DNA of 63,428 nt, filler included, from Chiloscyllium plagiosum (lineage: Eukaryota): NCBI RefSeq assembly GCF_004010195.1. It is 4 parts of one record of this genome, joined end to end, with 100 filler letters (N's around TTAATTAATTAA, not from the genome) between each part and the next. Parts side by side here need not be neighbours in the genome. Positions count along the whole stretch, not along the records: positions 1 to 19,504 come from NC_057710.1; 3 more parts are not named here. One strand, written 5' to 3'. The first letter of the stretch is position 1. Each line of letters starts with the position of its first letter. Positions 1 to 11,159 of the stretch are shown here, in pieces. The translations under genes and the position numbers were made by a program. The notes beneath the pieces are model-generated. The model did not search any database, was not told the origin of the DNA, and saw nothing but the letters and a program-made list of their open reading frames with translations.

Positions 1-56
1 CCCTCCCACGCTGTGTGTGTGTGTCCCTCCCTCGCTGTGTGTGTGTGTGTCCCTCC
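1..56. repeat. Low-complexity (GT)n / CCCTCCC compound repeat
   Basis: Alternating ccctccc and tgtgtgtg blocks at the window start. Confidence 0.7.
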
Positions 57-292
57 CACCCCAGTCTGACCTATCACCCTCACCTTGACCTCTTTCCACC
101 TATCACATTTCCGACGCCCCTCCCCCAAGTCCCTCCTCCCTACCTTTTATCTTAGCCTGCTGGACAAACTTTCCCCATTCCTGAAGAAGGGCTTATGCCC
201 GAAACGTCGATTCTCCTGTTCCCTGGATGCTGCCTGACCTGCTGCGCTTTTCCAGCAACACATTTCCAGCATCTGCAGACCTCACTTTCTCC
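57..292 (+). mobile_element. Penelope-like element terminal repeat (3' end)
   Basis: Same CTGAAGAAGGGC...GAAACGTCGATTCTCCTG...GATGCTGCCTGACCTGCTG...TTCCAGCA motif that adjoins the GIY-YIG remnant at 3805-4485 and recurs many times in the window. Confidence 0.75.
177..212 (+). ncRNA. Minimal type I hammerhead ribozyme motif
   Basis: CTGAAGA (181-187), extra A, stem II GGGC/TTAT/GCCC (189-200), GAAA (201-204), CGTC (205-208; NUH = GUC). Stem III has no loop but contains palindromic ACGT, as in the dimer-dependent minimal hammerheads known from Penelope-like elements. Stem I is short. Confidence 0.7.
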
Positions 293-299
293 TGAATCA

Positions 300-1060
300 T
301 GAAATAGGCAAAGAGAAATTAGTCAAAACCTAATGCAGAGAAGTGTGATGAAATACACAAAAAGTGATGTTAGCGAATCTAAATTACATAGGGTTTCATT
401 TTAATGATGGTGCAGAAACAGAGAAGTCTTTGAGCATGGCCAGATGAGCGGTGCATTGATGTACACTTGTGATATCAAGGGCCAAATGCAGGGAAATGGG
501 ATTAGAATATTCAGGGGGATGTTTTTACCTTGTGCAGATGTTGTGGTCTGAAAGGCCTTTTTCTGTGCTGATAGATCTCTATGATGCTACATTTATTAGA
601 AAAAGGATTGGCATACAAGAGGGTAGAAGCCACACTTATACAAAGCCCAGGTTCAATTTCGCAAAAAAAAGTTCCACAAACTAACATTGTACTATGGGGA
701 ATTAAGTTTCACGTTATTAAGTGCACTGAGATAGAGGCAATTATTTCAATTGACTGGGAGGTCAAAGACTAGAGGACGTAAGATAAAGATTGATAGCAGA
801 CCTTTCAGGGATGAAAGTCAAATGCACACGTATGTACAAACAGTGCTGAATGGTTGGGATTCTCTTCTGCGTGTGCTGGGTTAATTGTGAATGACAAATG
901 TACGATTGATAGATTACTGTTAAAGAAGTTCACAGGGCACTTGGGGGAAGGGCAAGCATGGGAAGCTACATCACAGATCAGGCATGAGATTGTTGAAAGG
1001 CAGTACCTAGGGTTATACTCAAGGGGTTATGTGGCCTATTCTTGTTCCTACGTTCTTAAG
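300..1060 (+). mobile_element. Highly decayed CR1-clade LINE 3' fragments
   Basis: Remnants resembling the CR1 C-terminal region (gagaagtgtgatg, actagaggacgtaagataaag) and 3' UTR (ggcctattcttgttcctacgttctt). Confidence 0.45.
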
Positions 1061-1920
1061 TTCCTATGACTCTGGACTTTATAAATAACTGCAAAGAGTA
1101 CAAAAGGGAAAGGACCATGTATAAATCACTTATGTCCTCAGCAAAACAACTGCAATAGGATCTACAGTGGGAGGTCCTCTTCTAAATATGTCCCACTCAC
1201 AGATTAAAGATCAGAGAAACATGGTTGTGTCTAAAGTCTGGCACCATGTTTTTCAAAGGATGTGAATGCTGCACATAGGGTTCAGAAGAAATTTTCAGGA
1301 ATGACATGAGGGGTGAGGGTACTATAATGGGTTACTGAGTTAAAAAAAAAACTCGGTTTGCTCTCCTTAATATGAAAGGGAGATGTAAAATAGGTCTTCA
1401 ATGTAATAAAAGTTTTTTTTAAGGTAAATTGGGAGACTTTGAGGGGAAGAATTGCAAGTTCGGTCAGGAGACACCCAAGATTATTTTGTGGGATGAGAGA
1501 GGATAGGAGACACACAAGCAACCCATGAAAACATTTAAAGAGAATCATGTTTGTTAGTCTCCAGTCCAGAAAGTTAGAAAGCAGGAGTGCTGAATTTTAT
1601 CAGCAGACCCAAGAGAGTCATTGCTTCATTTTAGTCCATTAACCAAAGAGGGAAGACAGTTTTTGAGTGGGTAGAACATTGTTTTTTATTACTGCCCCGT
1701 AATGTTTTATTGTTCTTTCATTTTCAGCTAAGTATTTATTCTGCAGTGTTTTCTGGTTCACACACTTGTGCACTCTAACATCATTCCTTCATCCAGAGAG
1801 TTCCAAAACCCAGAAATGACAAGACCCCATGTATTCTCAACTGGGAAGCTTACAGCAAGGTTATTTATAAATCCAGAGCCACGAAATGATTTGCAGCCAT
1901 TGAGCTGTTATTGAAATGAG

Positions 1921-2152
1921 GGGGCTGGTTAGGTCAGTGACTAGATGGCTGGTTTGCAATACAGAATAACACCAGCAGCATAGGTTCAATTCCTAGACTG
2001 GCTGAGGTGACCACGAAGGAGTTTTTGTCTCTAGCTCTCCCCTCGTCTCTGGTGTGGTGACCCTCAAGGTTAAATCACCACCAGTTATCTCTCTTGAATG
2101 AGAGAGCAGTCCTACAGTCTGGTAAGACGAGAGCAACTTTACGTTACCTTTG
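1921..2152 (+). mobile_element. tRNA-derived SINE (family distinct from HE1)
   Basis: GGGGCTGGTTAGGTCAGT head (A-box-like), B-box GGTTCAATTCC at about 1983-1993, short body ending in an ACTTTAC/ACCTTT tail. Confidence 0.6.
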
Positions 2153-2469
2153 AAAAGTAGTCACAGTGGAATGCGTTGGACAAAACTTAAAAATCATCTC
2201 ACCGACCCAACTCATGGCCAAGTGCCTGACTCTCACAATCCCTGTAGCTGAAAGTACTTGTCACTACAGACGCCATGTGCTGTGTTACTTTATTTCAAAT
2301 GCTTATGATGCATCAAAAGCTTACGATGCAATAACCAACTGTACTGACGCCATGTGCCGTGTACAGCAATTTTGTCACTCTGCCTGCCCATATGTCTGCT
2401 TTGAGCTGCATGCACAGAAATCAACTGGTTGCGATAGTATCTCCTGTATAATGAGTTTCCATCAATATA

Positions 2470-2790
2470 ATCATCCAATGCTCTCTTAAATGCTTCAATT
2501 GAACCTGCCTCCACCAGCTTTCCAGGCAGTGCATTCTGCATTAACTACTCACAGAGTGAAAAAGCTTTTTCTCACTTCACCCTTTCCAGATCACTTTAAA
2601 CCTTTGCCCTCTCATTCTTGTTTTTTGTTTTACGAGCAGGAAGTTTGTCCCAAATGCAGCTTGCTCATGGGTTTGTAAACCTCTATCAAATCTCCTCTCG
2701 GTCTTCTTCTCTCCAAAGAGAACAGTCCCAATGTCTTCAATCTAACTTCATAACTGAAGTTTCTTCATTGCTGGAACCCTTTCTGAAAAC
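2470..2790 (-). mobile_element. CR1 LINE 3' fragment
   Basis: Minus-strand ORF reads NALPGKLVEAGSIEAFKRALD, the CR1 ORF2 C-terminal motif (W)NxLPxxVVEAxxxxxFKxxLD. Confidence 0.7.
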
Positions 2791-3182
2791 TACACGATGC
2801 ACATGTATAGTGGCATTGCCTTCAAAGATCACTGTAGTGGAAGCAAGAATAATCAAAAGCCTTGTCAAAAATCACATTAATGTGATAGAAAATGCTTTAT
2901 TTTAGTGCTACGTTTGGTTGTATATAACTTTGACACCAGTGAATCCAAAGTGATTTTAATATTCTTAAAAAAAGTTAGAAAATAGAGTTAGAAAATATAT
3001 GATACTAACAACATAGAAAGGGGCAGTTTTCAGCTCCTACATTTAGATTTTCAGGAGATGAGATGCAATTCCCTACAGTACGGAAACAGGCCCTTCGGTC
3101 CAACAAGTCCACAATGACCCTTTGTAGAGTAACCCACCCAGACCTATTTCCCTACTCTATTATTTTATATTTACCCCCAACC

Positions 3183-3300
3183 AAGAAAACTGAGGATGCT
3201 AGAAATCTGAAAGAAAACCAGAAATTGCTGGAAAATCTCAGCAGGTCAGGCAGCATCTGTGGAGACAAATCAGAGTGTTCAGGTTCAGTGGCTCTTCCTC
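3183..3300 (-). mobile_element. Penelope-like terminal repeat fragment
   Basis: GCTGGAAAATCTCAGCAGGTCAGGCAGCATCTG is the reverse complement of the pLTR motif. Confidence 0.65.
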
Positions 3301-3804
3301 AATATACGTAACTCTTTCTTCTCTTGCCTTTACCCCTCAGTGCTACCTCGCTACCTGCAGATGAGTTTGAGGAAGCCTGCTGAGCACTTTCATGGACACC
3401 TCATGTCGTCTGGCCACAGTCTGGACTTCCATCCCCAGCGGTGGACCTGTGGCAGTTCTACACTTGCTAGAATGTGACCCTGAACCTATTGAGGTGAACG
3501 TCTGCGCTGACGGACAAATGGTCAAACGCCGAGACAGTGATTTCTCTGAGGGTCATGGCTCTCCCTCCCCAGAGGTGGTCTTAGAGGTGCTAGTAGAGGG
3601 GTAGAATGGGGGTCTTCTCGTTTCACTCCTGAGTTTGAATGGTCTCAAGGACGACCATAAAGATTTCTAAGTGCTGTGGGCCTTACACAAGACACCATCA
3701 AGGTGTTGCTGCTACATGTGTGCTGTGAGTAAAGGAAGGAGGGATTCTCACTGGATGCTTGTGTTAGTCCAGTCAGCCCTTCTGCACAAGCCTGGTTGCT
3801 TTGT

Positions 3805-4485
3805 TCTATCGAATATACACGGGCAGGAGGCTGGAAGAACACAGCAAGCCAGGCAGCATCAGGAGGTGAGAAGTCAACGTTTCGAGTGTAATCCTTCTTC
3901 AGGACTGGGGGTGGGTGTGGGGGGAGCTGCAGATGAAGGGGGAGGCGGGGACAGGGTGATGAAGTGGGGATAGGTAAAGACAGGTAGAGGGCACGACCTG
4001 GTTGGTCAATGGGAGGAATGAACCTGGTTGCTGGCAGGGAGGAGTGGAAGGGAAGGGGAGGGGCTGATAGGGAGTCGGGGCATATGAATGGAGGCTATTT
4101 GAAATTGGAGAACTCAATGTTGAGTCCTCTGGGCTATAGGCTGCTCAGGGGGAAGATGAGGGGCTGTTATTCCAATTTGCAGTGTGCTTCATTGAGGCAA
4201 TGGAGGAGGCCAAGGATGGTCATGTCGGAAAGAGAGTGGGAAGGGGAAATGAAATGGGAGGTGACTAGGAGGTCCGGTTGATCCCTGTTGGTGATGCTCA
4301 GTGAACCGTTCCCTGAGTTTACGTTCAGTCTCCCCAGTGTAGAGAAGACCACATGATGCAATAAACTCGGTTGGAGGAGAGGCAGGTGAACTTCTGTCTC
4401 ACCGAAGGACTGTTTGGGGCCCTGGATGGAGGTGAGGGGGATGGTGTACTGGGAGGGTTTTGTATCTTTTCTAATTGCAGGAGAA
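3805..4485 (-). mobile_element. Penelope-like element: GIY-YIG endonuclease remnant plus terminal repeat
   Basis: Minus-strand frames give IQGPKQSF, FTCLSSNRVYCI, SHFISPSHSLSDMTILGL and GLNIEFSNFK, typical of the PLE GIY-YIG C-terminus. These are followed by the hammerhead-containing repeat. Confidence 0.8.
3872..3906 (-). ncRNA. Minimal hammerhead ribozyme motif
   Basis: Reverse complement AGTC-CTGAAGA-AGGATTACACTC-GAAA-CGTT-GACT: perfect 4-bp stem I (AGTC/GACT), NUH = GUU, stem II partly decayed. Confidence 0.65.
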
Positions 4486-4729
4486 GGGACCTGGGGATTC
4501 GAGGGGGTGGGGGGTGGGTTGGGGGGGGGGGGCTGCGGGTTGGTGTCAATTCTCTCTGCCAGCTCTACAAACCTGCCTTCCAAGGGTTAGGATCCTGATG
4601 CCAGACAGTCCTGCCTTGTTTGGGCATGTTTGTATTTATTGTGTCCAGTCTCCTCCCACAGACATAGAGAAGCAGTGAGAGACATAGACATGGGTACTGT
4701 CCTTTCCGAAGAATAGGATCTGCTTTTAC

Positions 4730-5100
4730 TTTATTCTCTTATGTGACGTGGATGTCACTGACTTAGCCAACACTTATTGCTTGTTTCTATCTGCTCTTGA
4801 GAAGGTGGCGGTGAGCTGCTGTCATGAATCTCTACAGTCCGCCTGCTAAGGGTAGACCCCCAATACCCTTATGGAGGGGATTCCAGGAGTTTGACCCAGC
4901 GACAGTGAGGGAATGGTGATATATTTCCAAGTCAGGATGGTGAGTGGCTTGGAAGGGAACTTAAGGGTGGTGGTGTTCCTATGTATCTGCTGCCTTTGTC
5001 CTTCTAGGTGGAAATGGTTATGAGTTTGCACGGTGCTGTCTAGGGATCTTTGATGAATTTCTGCAGTGCATCTTATCGTTAGTACCCCCTGCTGTTACTG
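4730..5100 (-). mobile_element. CR1/L2-type LINE 3' end (second family)
   Basis: Homologous to 46597-49278, 53405-54125 and 61655-62410 (shared KFPSKPLTILTWKYI-type text). Confidence 0.65.
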
Positions 5101-5842
5101 AAGAGGAAGATGCTGAACTGGGAGGTTCCCTGGATACACAGGGAGATGACCAGGTTTGATGCAAGAGTCCAAAGTCTTTCAGGGTGCTATCAACTTTAGG
5201 ATCATCAGAACCAGCCATTGTTTCAGCTGAGATCGTCTAACCCAGAAGGATGGCATGGACTTCATTCTTAGCAACTTGTAAGAGTCCTTCTCCCAAAGCT
5301 GCAATCCAGAATTTACTATTCCTGCTGTGCTATAAGGGGTTCATGTTTTCATGCTAATCGCTGATATCACCAGTGATGTCTTGACACTTGCACTGGGACT
5401 TCACAGAGAAGGTTCAAATGGAGTTCTTGTTGTATAAATCTTGTAAATAGTTAACAAATGTTCATCAATTTGCACTAGTATGATTTCACGTCCTCAGTGT
5501 CAAAAATATTCAGAAACTGGTCATGATATTAACACACCTATCGCCATCTGTAACAATAGATCAGGGACTGTCGAGGAGGGAGAAGGCAAAACAATGCAAC
5601 ATATGTTGCTCCAGGTGATTCCATAGTTAGGAGACAGACAAGCATTTCTGTCCCCAATATTGTGGGTCTCACATGGTGCATTACCTCCCTGGTGTCAAGG
5701 GAAAGGATTTATCATGTAGTGGGTACATGATAAGGGAAGACAAGAGAAGTTAGAAAATAGAGTTAGAAAATATATGATACTAACAACATAGAAAGGGGCA
5801 GTTTTCAGCTCCTACATTTAGATTTTCAGGAGATGAGATGCA

Positions 5843-6191
5843 ATTCCCTACAGTATGGAAACAGGCCCTTCGGTCCAACAAGTCCACAATGACCCTTTGA
5901 AGAGTAACCCACCCAGACCCATTTCCCTACTCTATTATTTTATATTTACCCCCGACTAATGCAGCTAACCTACATATCCCTGAACATTATGGGCAATTTA
6001 GCATGGCCAATTCACCTGACCTGCACATCTTTGGACTGTGGGGGGGGAAACTGGAGCACCCAGAGGAAACCCACGCAGACACAAGGAGAAGGTACAAATT
6101 CCCCACAGAGAGTCACTGGAGGCTGGAAACAAACCCGGATCCCTGGTGCTGTGAGGCGGCAGTGCTAACCACTGAGCCACTGTGCCGCCCC
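5843..6191 (-). mobile_element. HE1-type tRNA-derived V-SINE
   Basis: Reverse complement begins GGGCGGCACAGTGGCTCAGTGGTTAGCACTGCC and matches the + copies at 34115 and 40619. Confidence 0.85.
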
Positions 6192-6479
6192 TGGGGCTGA
6201 GAATAAAAAGAATAATATAAAACATAGGAACAAAATTAGGTCATTCCATCCATTGAGTCTGTTCTGCCATTCAATCCTTCAATCCTGGTTGATATGTTAA
6301 TGAATAGCAGAGCAGGCTCAATGGGCCAAATGGCCTACTCTTGCTTCTATTACTATGAAACTATGACTATCTATATTCCTCCCAGTGCCATGCACTGGCC
6401 AGCGGGCTGGAGATCAGAGTGGAGCAGGGATGGAACAATGTATGGCTGGAAATGAGGTACATGAGATCTGGTTTCAGAA

Positions 6480-7200
6480 ATTGCCTCATTAGATCAGAGC
6501 CTAGGGGTTGGTCAAAGTAGTTGTGCCCAATATTTTAATGTTACGCCTTACACTTGGCCTCCATCTAAACTTAATTTTATCAATTTCACGTCGGCGGGGA
6601 CCTTTGACCATCCCTAGTTTTCCGACTATACCACTCAGTTGGTCCCATACAATGGCACATATTTTATTTGTGGACACAAGGCATATACCTGGTTGCCCCC
6701 CCCCCTCCCCCAAACCCCCATCATGGACAGGCTCCTGTTACCTTGCTTTTATAGTTCCATTCATGCATCACCTTTATGACGTGTCTGAAATCCACTCCAC
6801 AGTACACAAACAGGCCACTCCAGAAACAGAACCATTCTTTGCTATTTTGTTTCCTCCGTATGCTACAGCCAAGTGAGCTAGAGAATCTACCAATGTGGCA
6901 GCTATCCTAGAACACAGAGTCAATGGCACCTCTCAGGCCCTTGGTGAGATTAATGCTTAAAAATTTGTGAATCTTGCCACCCCTATGTAGAATTGCCTAG
7001 TTCAGAACTTAGCTGAGAAAGGTGGCACTTGTGCCCTTATAGGTCAGGAATGCTGTACATCCCTGATAACGCTGAGGAAATCACCAACTTGGCTGACCAT
7101 ATCCATAAGGAAATGGACTAACCTAAACAGCCCCCTGTCTTCAGGGACCCAATAGGTTGGCTCAGGCCATGCTAGGAAATTGGGGAAGCTCAATTGCTCG
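6480..7200 (+). pseudogene. env: Endogenous retrovirus env remnant (SU C-terminus + TM ectodomain)
   Basis: NGTYFICGHKAYTWLP (from 6651), frameshift in a poly-C run, then WTGSCYLAFIVP (6724), a degenerate cleavage site HKQA and fusion-peptide-like FFAILFPPYATAK. The same frame continues through stops to M*NCLVQNLAEKGGTCALIGQECCT (ISD + CX6CC, 6985-7059); after a frameshift, PDNAEEITNLADHI and a Trp-rich membrane-proximal stretch. Confidence 0.85.
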
Positions 7201-7219
7201 ATGATATATCAGGGCAATA

Positions 7220-8144
7220 TATTATGAAGCTAAAGGCATGTACTGCACCTTTAAGAGAGAGTGAAGGTTGTTTTGTGCTAAGAGATTGCAGGCATATGTC
7301 ATGTGACTGACTAGCAGTCTCAGGGTGAACTGGAAAATTGAAAATATGTAACATTAAACCGTGAAACAAATACCTGGTTTTTGGTTGCTGTGTTTTCACA
7401 ACTGTTCAAACTTAACCAACCGGTTTAAATTATGCCCCAGAATAATAAAACCCAAACAAATTTATATTTTACTGTTTTGACAACATTGAACCAATGAGAC
7501 AATCTGATGTTTGGCGTATAAAAGAAGCCGACGTTTTGAGAGTTAGCCAGAGAGAGACCGATCAACTGCCATTGTCAGAATATCTGCTAGCAAAACACGC
7601 TCTATCAAAGGTACCTTTTCACATGAAACAACTTTGCAGCAAAAGACCGAAGACGACCCAGGGAGATCTACAGGCAGAGGAAGACTCACACCGGAGACAA
7701 CAGCTGCTGTAGAGTTTTGAAAATTAAGTTGACGTAATTTTAATAAGGGCATTTACTGGAATAGTATATGGTAATAGAGTTGGAAGAAGATTACAAGCAG
7801 TTAGGATAAAGGAGGCTTAGAGTTGTAAATAGCTGTTGTTTAATGTTCACTTTTAGAATTAAAGAATAAATTGATATTTTATTTCAGGGTAAAATCCCAC
7901 AGGAACAGCAGTGCAGGTTAGCAGTCTCCAGAATGGTTTGAGCAGGAGAAAAGTCCTGAGTAGGTTAATCTCAGGAACAGAAAGTTTCACAAACAGAAGT
8001 CAATGGAAGTGAAGTTTAAATAATCCATGTTAAGAACTAAGTGAGTTGTGTTTGCTATTTGTTTAAGAGTCCAATACAGAAATATATACTACAGAATGTT
8101 GTATCAAGGGAATTCAGAAAGTTGCTGGAAACAACACCATTACA
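7220..8144 (+). mobile_element. LTR-like element (boundaries uncertain)
   Basis: Non-coding, starts TATTATGAAG (possibly decayed TG...), TATAAAA at about 7517, AATAAA at about 7865; truncates the env remnant. No clean TSD found. Confidence 0.4.
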
Positions 8145-9147
8145 TCATAAGGTGTAGGAATAGAATTAGGCCATTTGGCCCATCAGGTCTGTTCTCCATT
8201 TGATCATGTCTAAAATTCCTCAACCCTATTCTCCTGCCTACTCCCTGTAACCCTTGATCCCCTTACTAATCAACAACCTATCTATTTCTGTCTTAAATAC
8301 ACTTAATCATTTGGCTTCCACAGCCCTCTGCAGCAACGAGTTCCACAGGTTCAACACCCTCCGGCTGAAGAAATTCCTCCTCATCTCAGTTTTAAAGGAT
8401 TGTCCCTTCATTCTGAGGCTGTGCCCTTAGGTCCTAATTTCTCCTACCAGTGGAAACATCTTCTCCATGACCATCTATCCAGGCCTCTCAGTGTTCTGTA
8501 AGTTTCAATGAAATCTCCACCTCATCTTCCAAAACTCTATCCAGTACAAACCCAGAATCCACAACTGATCCTCATATGACTAGCCCATCATCCCTGAGAT
8601 CATTCTTGTAAATCTCCTCTGAACCACCTCTAATGGTAGTATATTCTTTCCTGCACAAAGGGCCCAAAACTGCTCACAATATTCCAAATGCTGTCTGACC
8701 ACAACCTTATACATACTTAGCAGTACATCTCTACTCTTGTATTCTAGCCCTCTTGAAATGAGTGTTAACATTGTATTTGCCTTCCTAACTGCCAACTGAA
8801 CCTACATGTTAACCTGAAGACAATCCTGAACTCAGACTCCCAAATCCTTTTGTGCTTCGGATTTCCAAAGCATTTCCCTTTTAAAAACAGTCAACACGTC
8901 TATTCTTCCTACCAAAGTGCATAACCTCCCGTTTTACTTCATCTGCCACTTCTTTGTCTACTCTCCTAGCCTAGTCAAATCCTTCTGCAGGGTCACTGCT
9001 TCCTCAACACTACCTACTCTCCACCCATCTTTGTGACATCTTCAAACTTAGCAACAATGCCCTCAGTTCCTTTGTCAGGATTGTTAATGTATAACATGAA
9101 TTGTTGTGGTCTGCTGCAGAACTCCACCAGTCACCAGCTGCCAAAGT
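8145..9147 (-). mobile_element. CR1 LINE 3' portion
   Basis: ORF AVRKANTMLTLISRGLEYKSRDVLLSMYKVVVRQHLEYCEQFW is the CR1 post-RT region; 3' UTR at 8145-8300. Confidence 0.85.
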
Positions 9148-9266
9148 GCACACACACACACACACACACACACAGAAACACACTCAGAAACACACACACT
9201 CACACAGAAACACACACACACACATGTACACACAAACACTTGTGCATGCTACACACACACACACAC
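9148..9266. repeat. (CA)n microsatellite, interrupted
   Basis: Direct inspection. Confidence 0.95.
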
Positions 9267-9669
9267 CCCTCTCTTGTTAATTCCGATTTAGCATTCAAAA
9301 CAGTTCCACCCTATGATTCTGCTCCACCATTTAATAAGATCCTGACTCAACTGCCTGTGATCTCAACTCTACTTTCCTGTTTGATCTCCCCATAACCCTT
9401 TGACTTCCTTGTCTATCTAACTCAACCCTGAATGAATTTAATGTCACATCTTCCACTACTTGATAGGGAAGAGAATTCCACAGAATAACAAACTTCTGAG
9501 AGAAAAAAATATCTCCTCATGTCCACCTTGATAGGGGGACCTCAGTGTTATACTGTGTTACGTTATGTTATGTTATGTTCTCATCACCCCCATAAGAGGA
9601 AGCATTATTTATAAATGGTGATCAAGGCATTCTCAATTGGTTAGCCTGACATCAGTAGCAAGGCATATC

Positions 9670-9862
9670 ACAGAATCCCTACAGCGTGGAAACAAGCTAT
9701 TTAGCCTAACAAGTCCACACAAACCCTCCGAAGGGTATCCCATCCAGACTCATTCCATACCCTATTATTCTACATTTCCCCTGACTCAGGCACCTAACCT
9801 GCACATCCTGAACACTGTGGGCAATTGAGCATGGCCAATTCACCTCAACGGCACACCTTTGA
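9670..9862 (-). mobile_element. HE1 SINE 3' fragment
   Basis: gggcaattgagcatggccaattcacc matches the HE1 body in reverse complement. Confidence 0.7.
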
Positions 9863-9897
9863 ACTAAAGGCCAATATAAAATACTTACTCACCAGCA

Positions 9898-10051
9898 TTG
9901 CCCTTTGTTGAGAAGGGCACACTGGGTGTTTCCTTTCTTCCTGGTAGTGGAATATAAATAAAGGTTTACGCACTTGTTGTTCTTCACTGTGTCGTACACC
10001 TGTGCAAACATAACATTGAATATAAGGAAAAGAAAGAGAAAAAAGAAAAAA
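9898..10051 (+). mobile_element. Tx1-clade L1 3' UTR with A-rich tail
   Basis: Matches the reverse complement of 52400-52560 (gtgtttcctttcttcctggt...aataaag...cttcactgtgtc...acacctg) and ends in an A-rich tail. Confidence 0.7.
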
Positions 10052-10409
10052 TTCAACCAGGAGATTTAGAATCCCCTCAGCCGAGGGGACTGACTCTGTG
10101 CTGGCTGGGCCACTGTCAGTATGTTCCTGCCGCTACTATTGCTTTCTGGATTTGGAGGAGGAGAGTTTCTTTATCTTTCCCCCCTTTTTCAGGGAAGATA
10201 TTTGTACTTGTGGTTTTCTTTATTATTTCTTTTTGTGTTGTTTTACCTTTGATTTGAGCTGTGTTCAGCTGCATAAGCAGCTACCACGACTGCTGGTGCT
10301 GCAGCCTGGGCCTAGCTCCTTAAAAAAAGACTTATTGGCAGGGCACTTGGAAGACAGTGACAGATGAGACAGAAGCGGCTAGAATTTGCAAAAGGCAATT
10401 CATACTTAT

Positions 10410-11155
10410 AGTCATAGAGTCGTTGAGATGTACAGTATGGAAACAGACCCTTCGGTCCAACTCATCAATGCCGACCAGATATCCCAATCCAATCTAGTCC
10501 CACCTGCCAGTACTTGGCCCATATCCCTCCAAACCCTTCCTATTTATATACCCATCCAGATGCCTTTTTACTGTTGCAATTGTACTAGCCTCCATCACTT
10601 CCTCTGGCAGCTCGTTCCATACATGTTCCATCCTCAGCATGAAAAAGTTGCCCCTTAGGTCTCTTTTATATCTTTCCCCTCTCACCCTAAACCAATGCCC
10701 TCTAGTTCTGGACTCCCCCACCCCAGGGAAAAGACTTTGCCTATTTATCCTATCCATGCCCCTCATAATTTTGTAAACCTCTATAAGGTCACCCCTCAGC
10801 CCCCAACGCTCCAGGGAAAACAGCCCCAGCCTGTTCAGCCTCTCCCTCAGCCTCAAATCCTCTAACCCTGGCAACATCCTTGTAAATCTTTTCTGAACCC
10901 TTTCAAGTTTCACAACATCTTTCCGATAGGAAGGAGACCAGAAGGAGACCACAATATTCCAACAGTAGCCTAACCAATATCCTGTACAGCCGCAACAATG
11001 ACATCCCAACTCTTGTACTCAATACTCTGACCAATAAAGGAAAGCATACCACACGCCTTCTTCACTATCCTATCTACCTGCGACTCCACTTTCAAGGAGC
11101 TATGAACCTGCACTCCAAGGTCTCTTTGTTCAGCAACACTCCTTAGGACCTTACT
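10410..11155 (-). mobile_element. CR1 LINE 3' end (HER1-like), relatively young
   Basis: ORFs RDLGVQVHSSLKVESQVDRIVKK and ERVQKRFTRMLPGLE...LRGDLIEVYKIMRG...WNELPEEV; gtcatagagtc tail. Confidence 0.9.
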
Positions 11156-11159
11156 TGAC

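Noticed and set aside
9033..9395. His/Thr-rich ORF
   Set aside because: Translation of a (CA)n microsatellite and CR1 antisense sequence.
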